From contig CAVZVA010000003.1 in NCBI GenBank assembly GCA_963778655.1, positions 849,481 to 913,480 on the forward strand: 64,000 bases of DNA, in the 5' to 3' direction. The notes beneath the pieces are model-generated. The model saw only the letters and a program-made list of their open reading frames with translations, did no database searches and was not told the origin of the DNA. The translations under genes were made by a program, and so were the position numbers. Source of the DNA: an uncultured delta proteobacterium (GTDB lineage Bacteria; Myxococcota_A; Polyangia; Polyangiales; JAFGIB01). Of this stretch, positions 10,851 through 25,113 are shown one piece after another; positions within the stretch are counted from its first letter, which is position 1; each line of letters begins with the position of its first letter.

Positions 10851-10906
10851 ACAGGAAGACGGGAACGCGGGAAGCAGGACGGGTGTGCCACTTCCCGTCT
10901 TCCTGT
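10851..10906. repeat. REP-like inverted repeat downstream of rplQ
   Basis: Perfect 15-bp IR: acaggaagacgggaa / ttcccgtcttcctgt. Confidence 0.75.
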
Positions 10907-10960
10907 GAATTCTGAATCTCGCGTCCGCCGAAGCGCGCGTGCGCGAATGCTTTCTGCCCC

Positions 10961-11431
10961 TTAGACGAGCTCGATGAAGCTCATCGGGGCATTGTCGCCG
11001 CGACGATTGTTCTCTTTGATGATGCGGGTGTAGCCGCCGCCCTTGCCCTGCTTGACGCGCTCCAGGTAGCGCGGGGCGATTTCCTCGAACAGCTTGTGGA
11101 CGAGATTGATCTCCTCGACGCCGCCATCGGGCAGGGTGCGGGCGAGCTTGAGCGGCAGAAAGGCCGCGAGCTGCCGCTGGACGTGTAGGCGCCGCGCGAC
11201 CACGCGGCCGCGCTCACCCTGCTTCAGCTTGGCCAGGTCCACCGTCAGGTCGTCGCCCAGGCGTAGCGCCTTGGTGATCAGGCGCTCGGCGATACGGCGC
11301 AGCTCCTTGGCCTTGGCGTCGGTCGTCTCGATGCGCTCGTGCAGCACCAAGTTGGCCGCCAGGTTGCGAAACATGGCGCGCCGGTGGGACGAGTTGCGCC
11401 CGAACTTTCGAAATGACTTGCGATGACGCAT
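10961..11431 (-). CDS. rplQ: 50S ribosomal protein L17
   Basis: [34 protein letters not shown]. Confidence 0.97.
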   Translation of the reverse strand: MRHRKSFRKFGRNSSHRRAMFRNLAANLVLHERIETTDAKAKELRRIAERLITKALRLGDDLTVDLAKLKQGERGRVVARRLHVQRQLAAFLPLKLARTLPDGGVEEINLVHKLFEEIAPRYLERVKQGKGGGYTRIIKENNRRGDNAPMSFIELV

Positions 11432-11470
11432 GGCGGCTATCCGTTCTGGGCGGGCTCCCGCGGGGCAGGC

Positions 11471-12502
<1,032 letters not shown>

Positions 12503-12534
12503 GCTGGTTTCCTCCACGGATGCCTGGGCTACGC

Positions 12535-13161
12535 TCAACGCGAGTAAAACTCGACGATCATCTGCTCTTCGATCGGAAGGGTGATGGCTTCGCGCATGGG
12601 CATCGTCTTCACCGTACCGATCAAGTTATCGCGGTCGAGCTCGAGCCAGTCCGGTTGCTCGCGTCGCCCGGCCACTTCGAGCGCGGCGGCGATCCGGGCC
12701 AGCCCCTTGCTCTTGTCGTGAATCGTGATCTTGTCGCCCGGGCGCAGCACGAACGAAGGGATGTTGACCGTGCGGCCGTTGACCTTGACGTGCTTGTGGC
12801 GCACGAGCTGCCGAGCATCGGTGCGCGTGGCGCCGAAGCCCAGCCGATAGACCGCGCTGTCGAGGCGGCGCTCGAGCAGGCCGAGCAGGTTCTCGCCGGT
12901 GACGCCCTTCTGGTGGTCAGCCTTGTAGAAGTAGCCGCGGAACTGACGCTCCAGCAGGCCGTAGATGCGGCGCACCTTCTGCTTCTCGCGCATGCGCACG
13001 CCGAACTCCGTGACCTTGGAGCGGCGCTGGCCGTGCATGCCAGGCGGGTACGGGCGGCGGTCAAACGAGCATTTGTCGGTGTAGCAGCGCTCCCCCTTGA
13101 GGAAGAGCTTCATGTTCTCACGCCTGCACAGCTTGCAAGCCGGACCGATGTAACGTGCCAT
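12535..13161 (-). CDS. rpsD: 30S ribosomal protein S4
   Basis: [28 protein letters not shown]. Confidence 0.98.
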   Translation of the reverse strand: MARYIGPACKLCRRENMKLFLKGERCYTDKCSFDRRPYPPGMHGQRRSKVTEFGVRMREKQKVRRIYGLLERQFRGYFYKADHQKGVTGENLLGLLERRLDSAVYRLGFGATRTDARQLVRHKHVKVNGRTVNIPSFVLRPGDKITIHDKSKGLARIAAALEVAGRREQPDWLELDRDNLIGTVKTMPMREAITLPIEEQMIVEFYSR

Positions 13162-13179
13162 GGGTTCTCTCTCTTACGA

Positions 13180-13286
13180 GGGGCGGCACGCGCCGCCCCT
13201 CCCCGTCGGAGTGAATCCGCCGGGGCCCCTCCCCACGCGAAGCGGGAGCTCTGCTCCCCTCTCGTCGCGGCGCGACGATTCACCCC
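13180..13286. repeat. Structured intergenic repeat, copy A (rpsK-rpsD)
   Basis: Near-identical to 29424-29529 and related to 24693-24770; several hairpins. Confidence 0.85.
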
Positions 13287-13340
13287 TCGTTCGTGGTGGT
13301 GGAAGACCGTGGATCATCTCGTCTGCCTCTTAGAGTCCTG

Positions 13341-13763
<423 letters not shown>

Positions 13764-13797
13764 CGCTGTCTCCTAGCAGTCTCCGGAGCTCGGCGCC

Positions 13798-14166
13798 CTA
13801 TCCACGCTTCGCCATCACGCCCTTGCGGGGGCCCTTGCGCGTGCGCGCGTTGGTGTGGGTGCGCTGCCCGCGCACGGGAAGCCCGCGGCGGTGGCGCAGG
13901 CCGCGGTAGCAACCCAGATCCATCAGACGCTTGATGTTCATCTGGATGTCGCGCCGCAGGTCGCCCTCGACCTTGTACGTGGAGTCGAGCACCTCGCGAA
14001 TGCGCTTGACGTCGTTCTCGTCGAGGCTGTCGGTGATCTTGGTCGGAGCGAGCTCCGCCTTGACACAGATGGCCTTGGCGACCTTGGGGCCGACCCCGTA
14101 GATGCTCTGCAACGAGATCCAGAGATGCTTGCGACCGGGAAGGTCCACACCTGCGATGCGTGCCAT
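13798..14166 (-). CDS. rpsM: 30S ribosomal protein S13
   Basis: [28 protein letters not shown]. Confidence 0.98.
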   Translation of the reverse strand: MARIAGVDLPGRKHLWISLQSIYGVGPKVAKAICVKAELAPTKITDSLDENDVKRIREVLDSTYKVEGDLRRDIQMNIKRLMDLGCYRGLRHRRGLPVRGQRTHTNARTRKGPRKGVMAKRG

Positions 14167-14179
14167 GACTCCCTGACTC

Positions 14180-14293
14180 CTAGCCCTGCCGCTGCTTGTG
14201 GCGGGGGTTCTCGCACAGCACGCGCACCACACCCTTGCGGCGCACGATCTTGCACTTGTCACATATCTTCTTAACGCTGGGCCGAACCTTCAT
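14180..14293 (-). CDS. rpmJ: 50S ribosomal protein L36 (Zn-binding form)
   Basis: Manual translation [37 protein letters not shown]; too short for the ORF track. Confidence 0.97.
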   Translation of the reverse strand: MKVRPSVKKICDKCKIVRRKGVVRVLCENPRHKQRQG

Positions 14294-14314
14294 CGCGTCC
14301 TCTGCAGCGGCTCG

Positions 14315-14527
14315 TCAGGCGAGCCTGAGCTTGATCTTGCCTCGGGTGGGATCGAGCGGCGAAATCTCTACCAAGACCCGATCCCCTGGAATGACTCTGA
14401 CTGTTGTTTGCCTCGCAACGCCTCCGATCGAGGCCGTGATCTTCTCTCCGCTGTTCAAGCTGACGCGATACAATCCCTGGGGTAGCGCTTCTTCCACGAC
14501 GCCTTCGGCTTCGCGCCCCGCCGTCAT
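14315..14527 (-). CDS. infA: Translation initiation factor IF-1 (divergent)
   Basis: EGVVEEALP..YRV.L..G and PGDRVLVEISP.D.TRG; position between adk and rpmJ. Confidence 0.85.
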   Translation of the reverse strand: MTAGREAEGVVEEALPQGLYRVSLNSGEKITASIGGVARQTTVRVIPGDRVLVEISPLDPTRGKIKLRLA

Positions 14528-14550
14528 CTTCGCCGCTCTGCCCGCCGCCT

Positions 14551-15195
14551 CTACCCTATGCCGATGGCTTGCTCCAGCCGCTCGGTCACCTCATCCAACG
14601 TCCCGACCCCGTCCACGGATCGGACCAAGCCCTTCTTCCCGTAATACGTGAGCAGAGGCGCCGTCTTGGCCAAATACTCCTCGTAGCGCTTGCGCACGAC
14701 CTCCTCGGTATCGTCCTTGCGCTGCACCAGCTTGCCGCCGCAGCTGCAACGATCCGGCGAGGGCGGGGGATTGTAGCGCAAGTGGTAAATCTGTCCACAG
14801 CCTTCACAACTGCGGCGCAATGCGATGCGCTCGATCATCTCGTCCAGGCCGACCTCGATGCTGGCCACCCGATCGACCTGGCGGCCCAGCCCGGCTAGCA
14901 GCGCGTCGAGCGCCTCGGCCTGGGCCACAGTTCTTGGATAACCATCCAGAATCATTCCGTTTTTTGCGTCCGGTTGGAGCAGGCGTTGCTTGAAAAGCTC
15001 GAGCACCAACGGATCCGGCACCAGCAGGCCCTTGGCCATGTAGGCGTCGAACTGCCGGCCCAGCTCCGAGCCGCTGGCGCGCTCGGCCCGCATCATGTCC
15101 CCGGTAGACACCTGGGGGATACCCAGCCGCTCCGTCAGGCGCTTGGCCTGCGTGCCCTTGCCCGCGCCCGGGGGTCCGAACAGCACCAGGTCCAT
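14551..15195 (-). CDS. adk: Adenylate kinase
   Basis: GPPGAGKGTQA, LDGYPRT and a Cys-containing lid. Confidence 0.97.
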   Translation of the reverse strand: MDLVLFGPPGAGKGTQAKRLTERLGIPQVSTGDMMRAERASGSELGRQFDAYMAKGLLVPDPLVLELFKQRLLQPDAKNGMILDGYPRTVAQAEALDALLAGLGRQVDRVASIEVGLDEMIERIALRRSCEGCGQIYHLRYNPPPSPDRCSCGGKLVQRKDDTEEVVRKRYEEYLAKTAPLLTYYGKKGLVRSVDGVGTLDEVTERLEQAIGIG

Positions 15196-16515
15196 TCAGG
15201 TGCGCCTCCCCCGGATACGCGGACCCTTGGGCCCGGTCAGCCCCTCGTAGTGGCGCGTGATCAAGTGTGACTCGATCTGCTGGACGAAATCGAGCGCCAC
15301 GCCGACCACGATCATGATCGAGGTGCCGCCGAAGTAGAACGGGACCTTGAACTGCGTGCGCAAGAAGTCGGGCACCGTGCACACGGCGGCCATGTAAAGG
15401 GCGCCGGCCACGGTGATGCGCGTCATCACAGTGTCGATGAAGTCCGCGGTCGCCTTACCGGGACGGATACCGGGGATGAAGGCGTTCTGCTTCTTGAGGT
15501 TGTCGGCGACCTGGACCGGCTGGAACTGAATCGCGGTGTAGAAAAAGGAGAAGAAGATGATCAGGGTGATGTAACACAGGGTCCAGCGCCAATCCCCGGG
15601 CACCAGGATCTGGTTGAGGTAGTGCGCCCCCGGTACCTTGAGGTTGGCGAGGGTGTTGGGGAACATCAGCAGCGAGGACGCGAAGATCGGCGGGATCACG
15701 CCGGCCGCATTGACCTTGAGCGGCAGGTGTGAGCTCTGGCCGCCATACATCTTCCGGCCGACCATGCGCTTGGCGTACTGAATCGGAATCTTGCGCTGAG
15801 CGCTCTCGAAGAACACGATCACCGCGACGACCGCCAGCACGATCGCAGTGACCGCCATCAGCCCGATCGGCTGGATCTGCCCGATCTTGACCTGCGAGCC
15901 GGTGCGGAACATCGCATCAGGCAGGCCCGAGACGATACCGGCAAAGATGATCAGAGAGATGCCGTTGCCGAGCCCGCGCTCGGTGATCTGCTCGCCGAGC
16001 CACATGATGAAGGACGTGCCGGTGGTCAGCGAGATCATGGTGATCAGGCGGAAGGCCCAGCCGGGCTCGTTGACCACGTCGCCGAACTGGCCGCCCTCGC
16101 TGCCGTTGAGCCCCTCGAGGAAAAGCGCGATTCCTGCGCTCTGCACCGCGCTCAGCCCGACCGTGCCGTAGCGCGTGTACTGGTTGATCTTGCGCTGCCC
16201 GGACTCGCCTTCCTTGCGCAGCTCATCCAGGTGCGGCACCACAGCGCTCATCAGGGTCAGGATGATGCTGGCCGAAACGTAGGGCATGATCCCGAGCGCA
16301 AAGATCGAGAGTTGTTCGAGCGCCCTGCCGCTGAACAGGTTGAACATGCCGAGGAAGGTGCCGGACTGCTGCGCCATGATCTGGTGCATGACGTTGCGGT
16401 CGACGCCCGGCGTGGTGATGAAGATTCCGATGCGGTAAACCGCGAGCATGCCCAACGTGTACAGGAGCCGGTTGCGCAGCTCCGTGATCTTGAACATGTT
16501 CGCGATGGCGTTCAT
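15196..16515 (-). CDS. secY: Preprotein translocase SecY
   Basis: [38 protein letters not shown]. Confidence 0.98.
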   Translation of the reverse strand: MNAIANMFKITELRNRLLYTLGMLAVYRIGIFITTPGVDRNVMHQIMAQQSGTFLGMFNLFSGRALEQLSIFALGIMPYVSASIILTLMSAVVPHLDELRKEGESGQRKINQYTRYGTVGLSAVQSAGIALFLEGLNGSEGGQFGDVVNEPGWAFRLITMISLTTGTSFIMWLGEQITERGLGNGISLIIFAGIVSGLPDAMFRTGSQVKIGQIQPIGLMAVTAIVLAVVAVIVFFESAQRKIPIQYAKRMVGRKMYGGQSSHLPLKVNAAGVIPPIFASSLLMFPNTLANLKVPGAHYLNQILVPGDWRWTLCYITLIIFFSFFYTAIQFQPVQVADNLKKQNAFIPGIRPGKATADFIDTVMTRITVAGALYMAAVCTVPDFLRTQFKVPFYFGGTSIMIVVGVALDFVQQIESHLITRHYEGLTGPKGPRIRGRRT

Positions 16516-16526
16516 GGCTGCAACGC

Positions 16527-17018
16527 TCAGCTCTGGGCTGTCGGCTCCGTGCCGGCGATCAGCTCGGCCTTTCCGCCGGCCTGCTCGATTATCGCCTTGG
16601 CGCTGGCGCTGAAAGCGTGGGCGCGCACGGTCAGCGCCTTGTCGAGGGTGCCGTCGCCCAGCACTTTCACGCTGCCGCTGCGCTTGCGGATCAAGCCGGC
16701 GGCGATCATCCGCTCGGGGTCCACGGTCGTACCCGGCTCGAAACGCGCGAGGTTGCCGACGTTGACGGCCGCCACGTCCTTGGAAAACGGGTTGTGGAAG
16801 CCGAGCTTGGGCAACCGCCGCATCAGCGGGGTCTGGCCACCCTCGAAGCCGCGCCGCACCTGACCGCCAGCGCGCGCGGTCTGACCCTTCTGGCCCTTAC
16901 CGCCGGTGGTGCCGAGCCCCGAGCCAGGGCCGCGGCCGAGGCGCCTGCGATCCTTGACCGCGCCTTTGGGCGGGCTCAGCCGCGAGAGAATGGGTTGCTT
17001 GCGTTCGGGCTCAGCCAT
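16527..17018 (-). CDS. rplO: 50S ribosomal protein L15
   Basis: [24 protein letters not shown]. Confidence 0.97.
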   Translation of the reverse strand: MAEPERKQPILSRLSPPKGAVKDRRRLGRGPGSGLGTTGGKGQKGQTARAGGQVRRGFEGGQTPLMRRLPKLGFHNPFSKDVAAVNVGNLARFEPGTTVDPERMIAAGLIRKRSGSVKVLGDGTLDKALTVRAHAFSASAKAIIEQAGGKAELIAGTEPTAQS

Positions 17019-17199
17019 CGTGCTCCTCCACCGCGACGAGGTGCATCACCTTCTTGATCATGCCGCGAAAGGCCGGCGTGTTGTCGACAACGACGTGACG
17101 GTTTGGCCCGCGCAAGCCGAGCCCGCGCAGGATTTCGCGCTGGCGCTTGGGACGGCTGACGCCGCTGCGGAGCTGAGTGACTTTGAGCTTGGGCTTCAT
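17011..17199 (-). CDS. rpmD: 50S ribosomal protein L30
   Basis: MKPKLKVTQLRS...LRGLGL...RGMIKKV. Confidence 0.95.
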   Translation of the reverse strand: MKPKLKVTQLRSGVSRPKRQREILRGLGLRGPNRHVVVDNTPAFRGMIKKVMHLVAVEEHDG

Positions 17200-17209
17200 G
17201 GCCTCTCCC

Positions 17210-17752
<543 letters not shown>

Positions 17753-17779
17753 CGCCGGCCCCTCGCTCGAAAGTTTCGC

Positions 17780-18133
17780 TCAGAAATTCAGGCCGCCCTT
17801 ACGCGCGCCGTCGGCCAGCGCCTTGATGCGGCCGTGATAGATGTAGCCGTTGCGATCGAAAACGACCTGGCTGATTCCCTTCTGGGTACAAGCCGCGGCC
17901 ACGGCCTCGCCGACCTGCTCCGCAAGGCCACGCTTGCCGCTGCTCTCCGCGCGCTCGAGCGCGAGCGAGGAGGCCGCCGCAAGCGTCGCACCGCTGGCGT
18001 CGTCGATCACCTGCGCGTAGATCTGCTTGTTGCTGCGAAACACGGTCAACCGCGGGCGCCCCGCCGTGCCGTGCGCCTTCTTGCGGATGCGTCGCTTGCG
18101 CCGCATGCGTCCATCGAGCTTGGTCTTGGCCAT
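17780..18133 (-). CDS. rplR: 50S ribosomal protein L18
   Basis: [27 protein letters not shown]. Confidence 0.97.
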   Translation of the reverse strand: MAKTKLDGRMRRKRRIRKKAHGTAGRPRLTVFRSNKQIYAQVIDDASGATLAAASSLALERAESSGKRGLAEQVGEAVAAACTQKGISQVVFDRNGYIYHGRIKALADGARKGGLNF

Positions 18134-18147
18134 CGCGCAACCCTCGT

Positions 18148-18753
18148 CTACTTCGTCTTACCGCCGCCGGCCTTGCCGGCCTTCTCGCGCACGCGCTCGC
18201 CGGTGTAGCGCACGCCCTTGCCCTTGTAGGGCTCGGGCGGACGGAAGGAACGGATTCGCGCCGCCGTCTGTCCGAGCATCATCTTGTCGTGGGAGGTGAG
18301 GTGGAGCCGCGGCTTCTTGATGCCCGCCTCGTCGATGATCTCGACACGCGCCTGCACCGTATCCGGCAGCTTGAACTGGACCGGGTGTGAAAGGCCGAGC
18401 GCCAGGTTGAGCTGCTGGCCCTTGACCTCGGCGCGGTAGCCGACGCCGATCAGGTCGAGCGAGATGGCGAAGCCGTTCGCCGCGCCCTCCACCATGCCGC
18501 CCAGCAGCGCGCGCGCTAGACCCTGGAACTGCTTGCCGCGGCGGCCGCTGCCGGCAAGCGGCAGCACCACCACGTCCTTGTCCTTGACCTGCACGCTGAC
18601 TTCAGCCGGAAGCTCGCGCTCGATCGTGCCCTTGGGGCCCTTGACGGACACCTTGCGTCCGTTGACCTTGAGCTCCACGCCCGATGGCAGGACCAGCGGC
18701 CGCTTACCGATACGCGACTGCATGCTCTCGGGTTGTGCTTGCGGAGCGCTCAT
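18148..18753 (-). CDS. rplF: 50S ribosomal protein L6
   Basis: [18 protein letters not shown]. Confidence 0.97.
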   Translation of the reverse strand: MSAPQAQPESMQSRIGKRPLVLPSGVELKVNGRKVSVKGPKGTIERELPAEVSVQVKDKDVVVLPLAGSGRRGKQFQGLARALLGGMVEGAANGFAISLDLIGVGYRAEVKGQQLNLALGLSHPVQFKLPDTVQARVEIIDEAGIKKPRLHLTSHDKMMLGQTAARIRSFRPPEPYKGKGVRYTGERVREKAGKAGGGKTK

Positions 18754-19145
18754 CACCACACCTCACACAGCAACTCGCCACCGATGCGCTCCTTGGCGGC
18801 TTCCTTGTTGGTCAGCACCCCGCGCGAGGTCGAGATGATCGAGATGCCCATCCCGTTCATGACCTTGGGCAGCTCGGTGTGCTTGACGTAGAGGCGGCGG
18901 CCGGGACGGCTGCAACGCTTGAGCCCGATGATGGCGCTCGAGCGGTCGCGGCTGTACTTGAGCAGCACGGTGAGCACGGCCGGCAGGCCGTCCTGAACCG
19001 AGAAGTCGTCGATGAAGCCCTCGTCCTTGAGGATCTGCGCGATGCGCACCTTGACCTTGGACAGCGGCATCTCGACGCGGCTGTGGCGAGCCAGAATCGC
19101 GTTGTGGATGCGGCTGAGCATGTCGGCGATCGGATCGGTGGTCAT
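18753..19145 (-). CDS. rpsH: 30S ribosomal protein S8
   Basis: [22 protein letters not shown]. Confidence 0.97.
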   Translation of the reverse strand: MTTDPIADMLSRIHNAILARHSRVEMPLSKVKVRIAQILKDEGFIDDFSVQDGLPAVLTVLLKYSRDRSSAIIGLKRCSRPGRRLYVKHTELPKVMNGMGISIISTSRGVLTNKEAAKERIGGELLCEVW

Positions 19146-19159
19146 GGCTGCAATTCCCT

Positions 19160-19345
19160 CTACCAGCTCGATTTGGTGACGCCCGGGACCTCGCCACGCA
19201 GCGCCAGGTTCCGAAGGCAGATGCGGCACAGCTCGAACTTGCGGTAGTACGACCGCGAGCGGCCGCACTGGCGGCAACGGTTGCGGTAGCGAACCTGGAA
19301 CTTCGGGGTCTTTTCCATCTTGGCGAAACAGCGCGCGCTAGCCAT
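19160..19345 (-). CDS. rpsN: 30S ribosomal protein S14 (Zn type)
   Basis: RNRCRQCGR...LCRIC...PGVTKSSW. Confidence 0.97.
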   Translation of the reverse strand: MASARCFAKMEKTPKFQVRYRNRCRQCGRSRSYYRKFELCRICLRNLALRGEVPGVTKSSW

Positions 19346-19354
19346 CGCTCTCTC

Positions 19355-19906
19355 CTACTTTCGGAACGGCATGCCCAGCGCGGACAGCAGGGCGCGGCCG
19401 TGCTCGTCGGTCTGGGCCGTGGTGCCCAGAGTCACGCTAAGGCCTTTGATCTTGTCGATCTTGTCGTAGTTGATCTCGGGGAAGACGATCTGCTCGCGCA
19501 TCCCGAGCGTGTAGTTGCCGCGACCGTCGAACGCCTTGGGGCTGATGCCGCGGAAGTCGCGCACGCGAGGCAGCGCGAGGTTGATCAGGCGGTCCAGGAA
19601 CTCCCACATGCGTTCGCGCCGCAACGTCGTCACCACGCCGATCGGCACGCCTTCGCGCAGCTTGAACGTCGCGATGGACTTCTTGGAGCGGGTCACGACC
19701 GGCTTCTGGCCGGCGATGGCGGACATCTCCTCGACCGCAGACTCGATGATCTTCGGCGTCTGCGTAGCCTCGCCCAGACCCATATTGAGCGTGATCTTGA
19801 CGATGCGAGGCACCTCGAGCTGGTTCGTGAAGCCGAAGTCCTTCATCAGCCGCGGCACGATCTCTTGCCGGTACTTCTGCTGCAGGCGCGGAACATATTC
19901 ACCCAT
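19355..19906 (-). CDS. rplE: 50S ribosomal protein L5
   Basis: [16 protein letters not shown]. Confidence 0.97.
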   Translation of the reverse strand: MGEYVPRLQQKYRQEIVPRLMKDFGFTNQLEVPRIVKITLNMGLGEATQTPKIIESAVEEMSAIAGQKPVVTRSKKSIATFKLREGVPIGVVTTLRRERMWEFLDRLINLALPRVRDFRGISPKAFDGRGNYTLGMREQIVFPEINYDKIDKIKGLSVTLGTTAQTDEHGRALLSALGMPFRK

Positions 19907-19918
19907 GGCGGCTCCTCG

Positions 19919-20236
19919 TCAGCTCTCCAGAACGTGGCCGGTCTTGGCCGACACGCGGATCTTCTTGCCGTCCTTGTCTCGGCCGGAGCGCACGCGGGTG
20001 GGCTTGTCGGCCTTGCCGTCGAGCAACATCACGTTGGACACGTGAATCGGCATCTCCTTCTCGACGATCCCGCCTTGCGGCAGCTTCTGCGTGGGCTTCT
20101 GGTGCCGCTTGACGCGGTTGACGCCCTCGACGATGACGCGCGCACGCTCGGGTAGCACCTTGAGCACGCGCCCCTTCGCGCCCCGGTCCTTGCCCGAGAT
20201 CACGACCACCTGATCGTTCTTCTGGACCCGCTGCAT
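19919..20236 (-). CDS. rplX: 50S ribosomal protein L24
   Basis: [15 protein letters not shown]. Confidence 0.97.
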   Translation of the reverse strand: MQRVQKNDQVVVISGKDRGAKGRVLKVLPERARVIVEGVNRVKRHQKPTQKLPQGGIVEKEMPIHVSNVMLLDGKADKPTRVRSGRDKDGKKIRVSAKTGHVLES

Positions 20237-20604
20237 CAGACTACCTCCGGCGCGAGCGAGATGATCTTCATGAAGCGCTTGGCACGCAGCTCGCGCGCGA
20301 CCGGTCCGAAGATGCGCGTGCCGATCGGCTCGTTCTGATCGTTGATCAGCACGGCGCTGTTGGTGTCGAACTTGATGTAGCTGCCGTCCGCGCGGCCCTG
20401 CTCGCGGCGCGTGCGGACGATCACGGCCTTGGCGACCTCGCCCTTCTTCACGCGTGCGTTGGGCAGCGCCTCTTTGACCGAGACCACGATCACGTCGCCG
20501 AGAGCGGCGTAGCGACGGCGGGTCCCGCCCAGCACGCGAATGCAGAGCACGCGCTTTGCGCCGCTGTTGTCGGCCACGTCGAGCACGGTTTCCTGCTGGA
20601 TCAC
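20236..20604 (-). CDS. rplN: 50S ribosomal protein L14
   Basis: [20 protein letters not shown]. Confidence 0.98.
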   Translation of the reverse strand: MIQQETVLDVADNSGAKRVLCIRVLGGTRRRYAALGDVIVVSVKEALPNARVKKGEVAKAVIVRTRREQGRADGSYIKFDTNSAVLINDQNEPIGTRIFGPVARELRAKRFMKIISLAPEVV

Positions 20605-20606
20605 GA

Positions 20607-20915
20607 CTACACCTCCTCGGGACGATTGATCAGGCGCGTCACGATCCAGCGCTTGGTGCGGGACAGCGGGCGGTGCTCGCTGATCTCGACCAGGTCGTTC
20701 TGGCGATACTCTTCCTTTTCGTCGTGCGCATGGTACTTGCGGCGGCTCTTGACGTACTTGCCGTACACCGGGTCGCGGAAACGGCGCTCCACCACCACCA
20801 CCACGGTCTTCTTGGCGCGGCCGGGGTTGCTGGTGTCGGTGACGACGCGGCCCGACAGCTGCCGGCGCTTGCCGCGCGGCTTTTCTTGGCTTGGATTCTG
20901 GGTGCTTTCGGTCAT
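20607..20915 (-). CDS. rpsQ: 30S ribosomal protein S17
   Basis: [24 protein letters not shown]. Confidence 0.96.
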   Translation of the reverse strand: MTESTQNPSQEKPRGKRRQLSGRVVTDTSNPGRAKKTVVVVVERRFRDPVYGKYVKSRRKYHAHDEKEEYRQNDLVEISEHRPLSRTKRWIVTRLINRPEEV

Positions 20916-20934
20916 GGCGGCGCGGTCCTCGGGG

Positions 20935-21132
20935 CTACGGTTGCTGCGCGGTCTTCTCGGTCAGCAGGGTCTTGACGCGAGCGAGCTCGCGCCGGAGGCG
21001 GCGGATCTTCGCGGTGTCGTCCAGTTGATTGGTGAAGTTCGCAAAACGCGTCTTCCACAGGTCGCGCGAGAGCTCGCGTTCCATCTCCTGCAGCTCCTCT
21101 TGCGTGCGCTCTCTGAGCTCTTTGGGCTTCAT
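20935..21132 (-). CDS. rpmC: 50S ribosomal protein L29
   Basis: MKPKELRE...[13 protein letters not shown]; gene order. Confidence 0.95.
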   Translation of the reverse strand: MKPKELRERTQEELQEMERELSRDLWKTRFANFTNQLDDTAKIRRLRRELARVKTLLTEKTAQQP

Positions 21133-21545
21133 AGCTGCTGGCTCCGGTCCATGATACGGGTCCTCACCGGCAGCTTCGCGGCGGCCAGGTGAAACGCCTC
21201 GAACGCCATCTCCTTGGGCACACCCGAGAGCTCGTACAGCATGCGCCCCGGCCGCACCACGGCCACCCACAGCTCGACGCCGCCCTTGCCCTTGCCCATG
21301 CGGGTCTCGAGCGGCTTCTTGGTCAGCGGCTTGTCGGGAAACACCCGGATGTAGAGCTTGCCTGCGCGCTTGGTCGCCCGCTGGATCGCCATGCGTGCCG
21401 CTTCGATCTGGCGAGCGCTGAGCCAGGCGCCCTCCAGCGTCTGCAGCCCGTAGTCGCCGAACGACACGTCCGAGCCGCGCTGGGCGAGGCCCTTGCGGCG
21501 GCCCTTCTGCTGCTTTCGGTACTTCGTTCGCTTTGGCATCAACAT
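21129..21545 (-). CDS. rplP: 50S ribosomal protein L16
   Basis: [20 protein letters not shown]. Confidence 0.98.
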   Translation of the reverse strand: MLMPKRTKYRKQQKGRRKGLAQRGSDVSFGDYGLQTLEGAWLSARQIEAARMAIQRATKRAGKLYIRVFPDKPLTKKPLETRMGKGKGGVELWVAVVRPGRMLYELSGVPKEMAFEAFHLAAAKLPVRTRIMDRSQQL

Positions 21546-21557
21546 GGCAGCTCTCCC

Positions 21558-22235
<678 letters not shown>

Positions 22236-22236
22236 G

Positions 22237-22584
22237 TCAGTCCTCCCGCTCTGCGACCACGAGCGTGATGTGGCTCATGCCCTTTTGAATGGGCGTGGCG
22301 CGACCCATCGCGCGCGGCCGCCAGCGAATCATCATGTGATCCGGGGCCTCGTCCGCGAAGGCGGTCTTCACGTAGAGCTTGTCCAGATCCACCTTTTCGT
22401 CCTTCTGCTGCACGTTCGAGATGGCGCTGCCGAGCAGCTTGCTGACCAGCGGCGCGGCTGCCTTGCGGGTGAAGCGCAGCTGATCAAGCGCCTCGGCCAC
22501 GTGCTGGCCACGCACCATGTCGAGCACGACGCGAGCCTTCCGCGTCGAGATTCGGGCAAACCGTAGGCTGGCTCTGGCTTCCAT
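22237..22584 (-). CDS. rplV: 50S ribosomal protein L22
   Basis: [23 protein letters not shown]. Confidence 0.97.
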   Translation of the reverse strand: MEARASLRFARISTRKARVVLDMVRGQHVAEALDQLRFTRKAAAPLVSKLLGSAISNVQQKDEKVDLDKLYVKTAFADEAPDHMMIRWRPRAMGRATPIQKGMSHITLVVAERED

Positions 22585-22593
22585 CGTGCCTCC

Positions 22594-22908
22594 TCAGCGT
22601 TTGCCCGTGCGCGGGTTGACCTTGCCCGGCGCCGAGCCTCCGCCTTTGCGGTCCGCCGCGTGCCCGGCGAAGGTGCGGGTGGGCGCGAACTCTCCGAGCT
22701 TGTGCCCGACCATGTTCTCGTTGACGAACACCGTGATGAACTTGCGGCCGTTGTGCACGGCGAAGCTCAGGCCGACGAAGTCGGGCGAGATGGTGGAGCG
22801 CCGTGACCAGGTCTTGATCAACTTGCGATCGCCGGAGTTCTGCGCCGTCGCCACCTTGCTGAGCAGGTGGTCGTCGATGAACGGTCCCTTCTTGACTGAG
22901 CGTGCCAT
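22594..22908 (-). CDS. rpsS: 30S ribosomal protein S19
   Basis: [22 protein letters not shown]. Confidence 0.98.
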   Translation of the reverse strand: MARSVKKGPFIDDHLLSKVATAQNSGDRKLIKTWSRRSTISPDFVGLSFAVHNGRKFITVFVNENMVGHKLGEFAPTRTFAGHAADRKGGGSAPGKVNPRTGKR

Positions 22909-22928
22909 GCTTTCTCCGGCGAAAACGC

Positions 22929-23756
22929 CTACTTCTTGCTGCGGTGCTTGAGGATGAGCTTATCCGTGCGCTTGTTCGTGCGTGTCTTGAGGCCCTTGCT
23001 GAGCTGGCCCCACGGAGAGCAGGGGTGGCGGCCACCCGAAGTACGGCCTTCGCCGCCGCCCATCGGGTGGTCGACCGGGTTCATGGTGACGCCCCGGTTG
23101 TGGGGCCGGCGGCCGAGCCAGCGCGTACGCCCGGCCTTGCCCAGCGACACGCGCGCGTGCAGCACGTTGCTGACCTGGCCCACGGTCGCGCGGCAGCGCA
23201 GGTGGATCAGCCGCACCTCGGAAGACGGCAAGCGCACGTGCGCGTAGTCCCCTTCCTTGGCCATCAGCTGCGCGGCGGTGCCGGCCGAGCGCACCAGCTG
23301 CCCGCCCTTGCCGATCTTCATCTCGATGTTGTGCACCATGGTCCCGGCGGGGATGTGGCGCAGCTGCAACGAGTTGCCGGGCTTGATGTCGGCCGTGCGC
23401 GAGGCGACCACCTCGTGGCCGATCTCGAGCCCGTCCGGCGCCAGGATGTAGCTCTTCTCGCCGTCCTTGTAGTGGAGCAGAGCCAGGCGGGCGCTGCGGT
23501 TGGGGTCGTACTCGATCGCCACGACCTTGGCCGGTACGCCGATCTTGCCGCGTTTGAAGTCGATCAGCCGGTAGCGGCGCTTGTGCCCGCCGCCGCGAAA
23601 GCGCGAGGTGATGCGGCCCTTGTGGTTGCGGCCGCCGCTGCTGCTCTTGCTTTCGAGCAGCCTGCGCTCCGGCTCCTTCTTGGTCAGCCCCTCCGATGAA
23701 AGCACCTCGAAGTAGCGGCGCGCCGGCGAGGTCGGCTTGTAGCGTTTGATCGTCAT
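22929..23756 (-). CDS. rplB: 50S ribosomal protein L2
   Basis: [22 protein letters not shown]. Confidence 0.98.
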   Translation of the reverse strand: MTIKRYKPTSPARRYFEVLSSEGLTKKEPERRLLESKSSSGGRNHKGRITSRFRGGGHKRRYRLIDFKRGKIGVPAKVVAIEYDPNRSARLALLHYKDGEKSYILAPDGLEIGHEVVASRTADIKPGNSLQLRHIPAGTMVHNIEMKIGKGGQLVRSAGTAAQLMAKEGDYAHVRLPSSEVRLIHLRCRATVGQVSNVLHARVSLGKAGRTRWLGRRPHNRGVTMNPVDHPMGGGEGRTSGGRHPCSPWGQLSKGLKTRTNKRTDKLILKHRSKK

Positions 23757-24049
23757 GCGGAGGCTCCCTCGAAGAAGTCGATCGATTCGCCTTCCTTGAG
23801 CGAGACGATGGCCTTCTTCCAGTTACGGGTCTTAGACGTGCCTCGGCCCATGCGCCGCATGCGACCACGGACCACCAGAGTGCGCACCTTCTCGACCTTG
23901 ACGTGGAACAGCGATTCTATCGCGTCGCGAATCTGGGCCTTGTTCGCGCTGCGCTCCACCTCGAAAAGATACTGATTCTCCTGCTCCCGCAGCAGATTGC
24001 CCTTCTCGGTCAGAACCAGCGGCCGCTTGATGATGTGCTCGGGAGTCAT
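23753..24049 (-). CDS. rplW: 50S ribosomal protein L23
   Basis: [18 protein letters not shown]. Confidence 0.96.
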   Translation of the reverse strand: MTPEHIIKRPLVLTEKGNLLREQENQYLFEVERSANKAQIRDAIESLFHVKVEKVRTLVVRGRMRRMGRGTSKTRNWKKAIVSLKEGESIDFFEGASA

Positions 24050-24052
24050 GGC

Positions 24053-24682
24053 TCAGGCTTTCTCCAGGCGCGTCGTCAGAGCAGCGACCGCGCTCTTGGT
24101 CAGGACCAAGTGCGGGTGGCGCAACACGTCGTACAGGTTCACGCCCTCGGGCGGGAGGTAGCTGTTGTTGGGAATGTTGCGGATCGAGAGCCGCAGCTTG
24201 TCGTTGCCCTGCGCGTCGACGATCAGCGAGCCGCGCTCGACTTGCAACGCCTTCAGCACGGACTGCAGCTGCTTGGTCTTGATTTCCTGCAGCTCGAAGG
24301 CGTCCACCACCGTGAGGTTGCCCTCTTTGAGCTTGAGCGAAAGCGCGCTGCGCAGGGCGCCGCTGCGCATCTTGCGCGGCGGGCGGTAGGCGTAGCTGCG
24401 CGGCTGTGGCCCGTGCGCCTTGCCGCCGCCGACGTAGAGCATCGCGCGGATCCCGCCGTGCCGCGCGTTGCCGGTGCCCTTCTGCCGGTAAAGCTTGCGC
24501 GTCGAGCCGGCGACCTCGGCACGGCCCTTGGTCTTGGCGCTGCCGGCGCGCTTGCTCGCGAGCTGTGCCTTGAGCACGTCGTAGAGCAGGGCCTCGTTGA
24601 CCTCGGTCCCGAAGACGTCGTCCGCGAGATCGATCTCGCCGACGCTCTCTCGCTTCAGGTTGTAGACGCTAACTTTCGCCAT
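24053..24682 (-). CDS. rplD: 50S ribosomal protein L4
   Basis: [22 protein letters not shown]. Confidence 0.97.
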   Translation of the reverse strand: MAKVSVYNLKRESVGEIDLADDVFGTEVNEALLYDVLKAQLASKRAGSAKTKGRAEVAGSTRKLYRQKGTGNARHGGIRAMLYVGGGKAHGPQPRSYAYRPPRKMRSGALRSALSLKLKEGNLTVVDAFELQEIKTKQLQSVLKALQVERGSLIVDAQGNDKLRLSIRNIPNNSYLPPEGVNLYDVLRHPHLVLTKSAVAALTTRLEKA

Positions 24683-24692
24683 TCTAATTACC

Positions 24693-24770
24693 GGGGAGGC
24701 ACGCGCCTCCCCGCCCCATCGGGCAAAGCCCGCTGGGGCCCCACCCCACGCGGGCTCGGCTTCGCCGAGC
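24693..24770. repeat. Structured intergenic repeat, copy C (rpsJ-rplD, where rplC normally lies)
   Basis: ggggaggcacgcgcctcccc and ggggccccaccccacgcg shared with copies A and B, with compensatory changes. Confidence 0.75.
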
Positions 24771-24790
24771 TGTCGCCATTTGCTTCGTCG

Positions 24791-25090
24791 TCATGACTTG
24801 ATTTCCACGTCGACGCCGGCCGAGAGGTCGAGCCTCATCAGCGCGTCGAGCGTTTCCTGCTTGGGCTCGAGGATGTCGAGCAGGCGCTTGTGCGTGCGGA
24901 TCTCGAACTGCTCGCGGGACTTCTTGTCGACGTGAGGACCGCGCAGCACGGTGTACTTGCTGATGCGCGTGGGCAGCGGAATCGGACCCGCCACGCGCGC
25001 ACCCGTCCGCTTCGCCGTGTCGACGATCTCGCTCGTCGACTGGTCCAGCAGCCGGTGGTCGTAGGCCTTGAGGCGAATGCGAATCTTCAT
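24791..25090 (-). CDS. rpsJ: 30S ribosomal protein S10
   Basis: [24 protein letters not shown]. Confidence 0.98.
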   Translation of the reverse strand: MKIRIRLKAYDHRLLDQSTSEIVDTAKRTGARVAGPIPLPTRISKYTVLRGPHVDKKSREQFEIRTHKRLLDILEPKQETLDALMRLDLSAGVDVEIKS

Positions 25091-25113
25091 TGGGGTGCCT
25101 GCTCTCGGAAATC

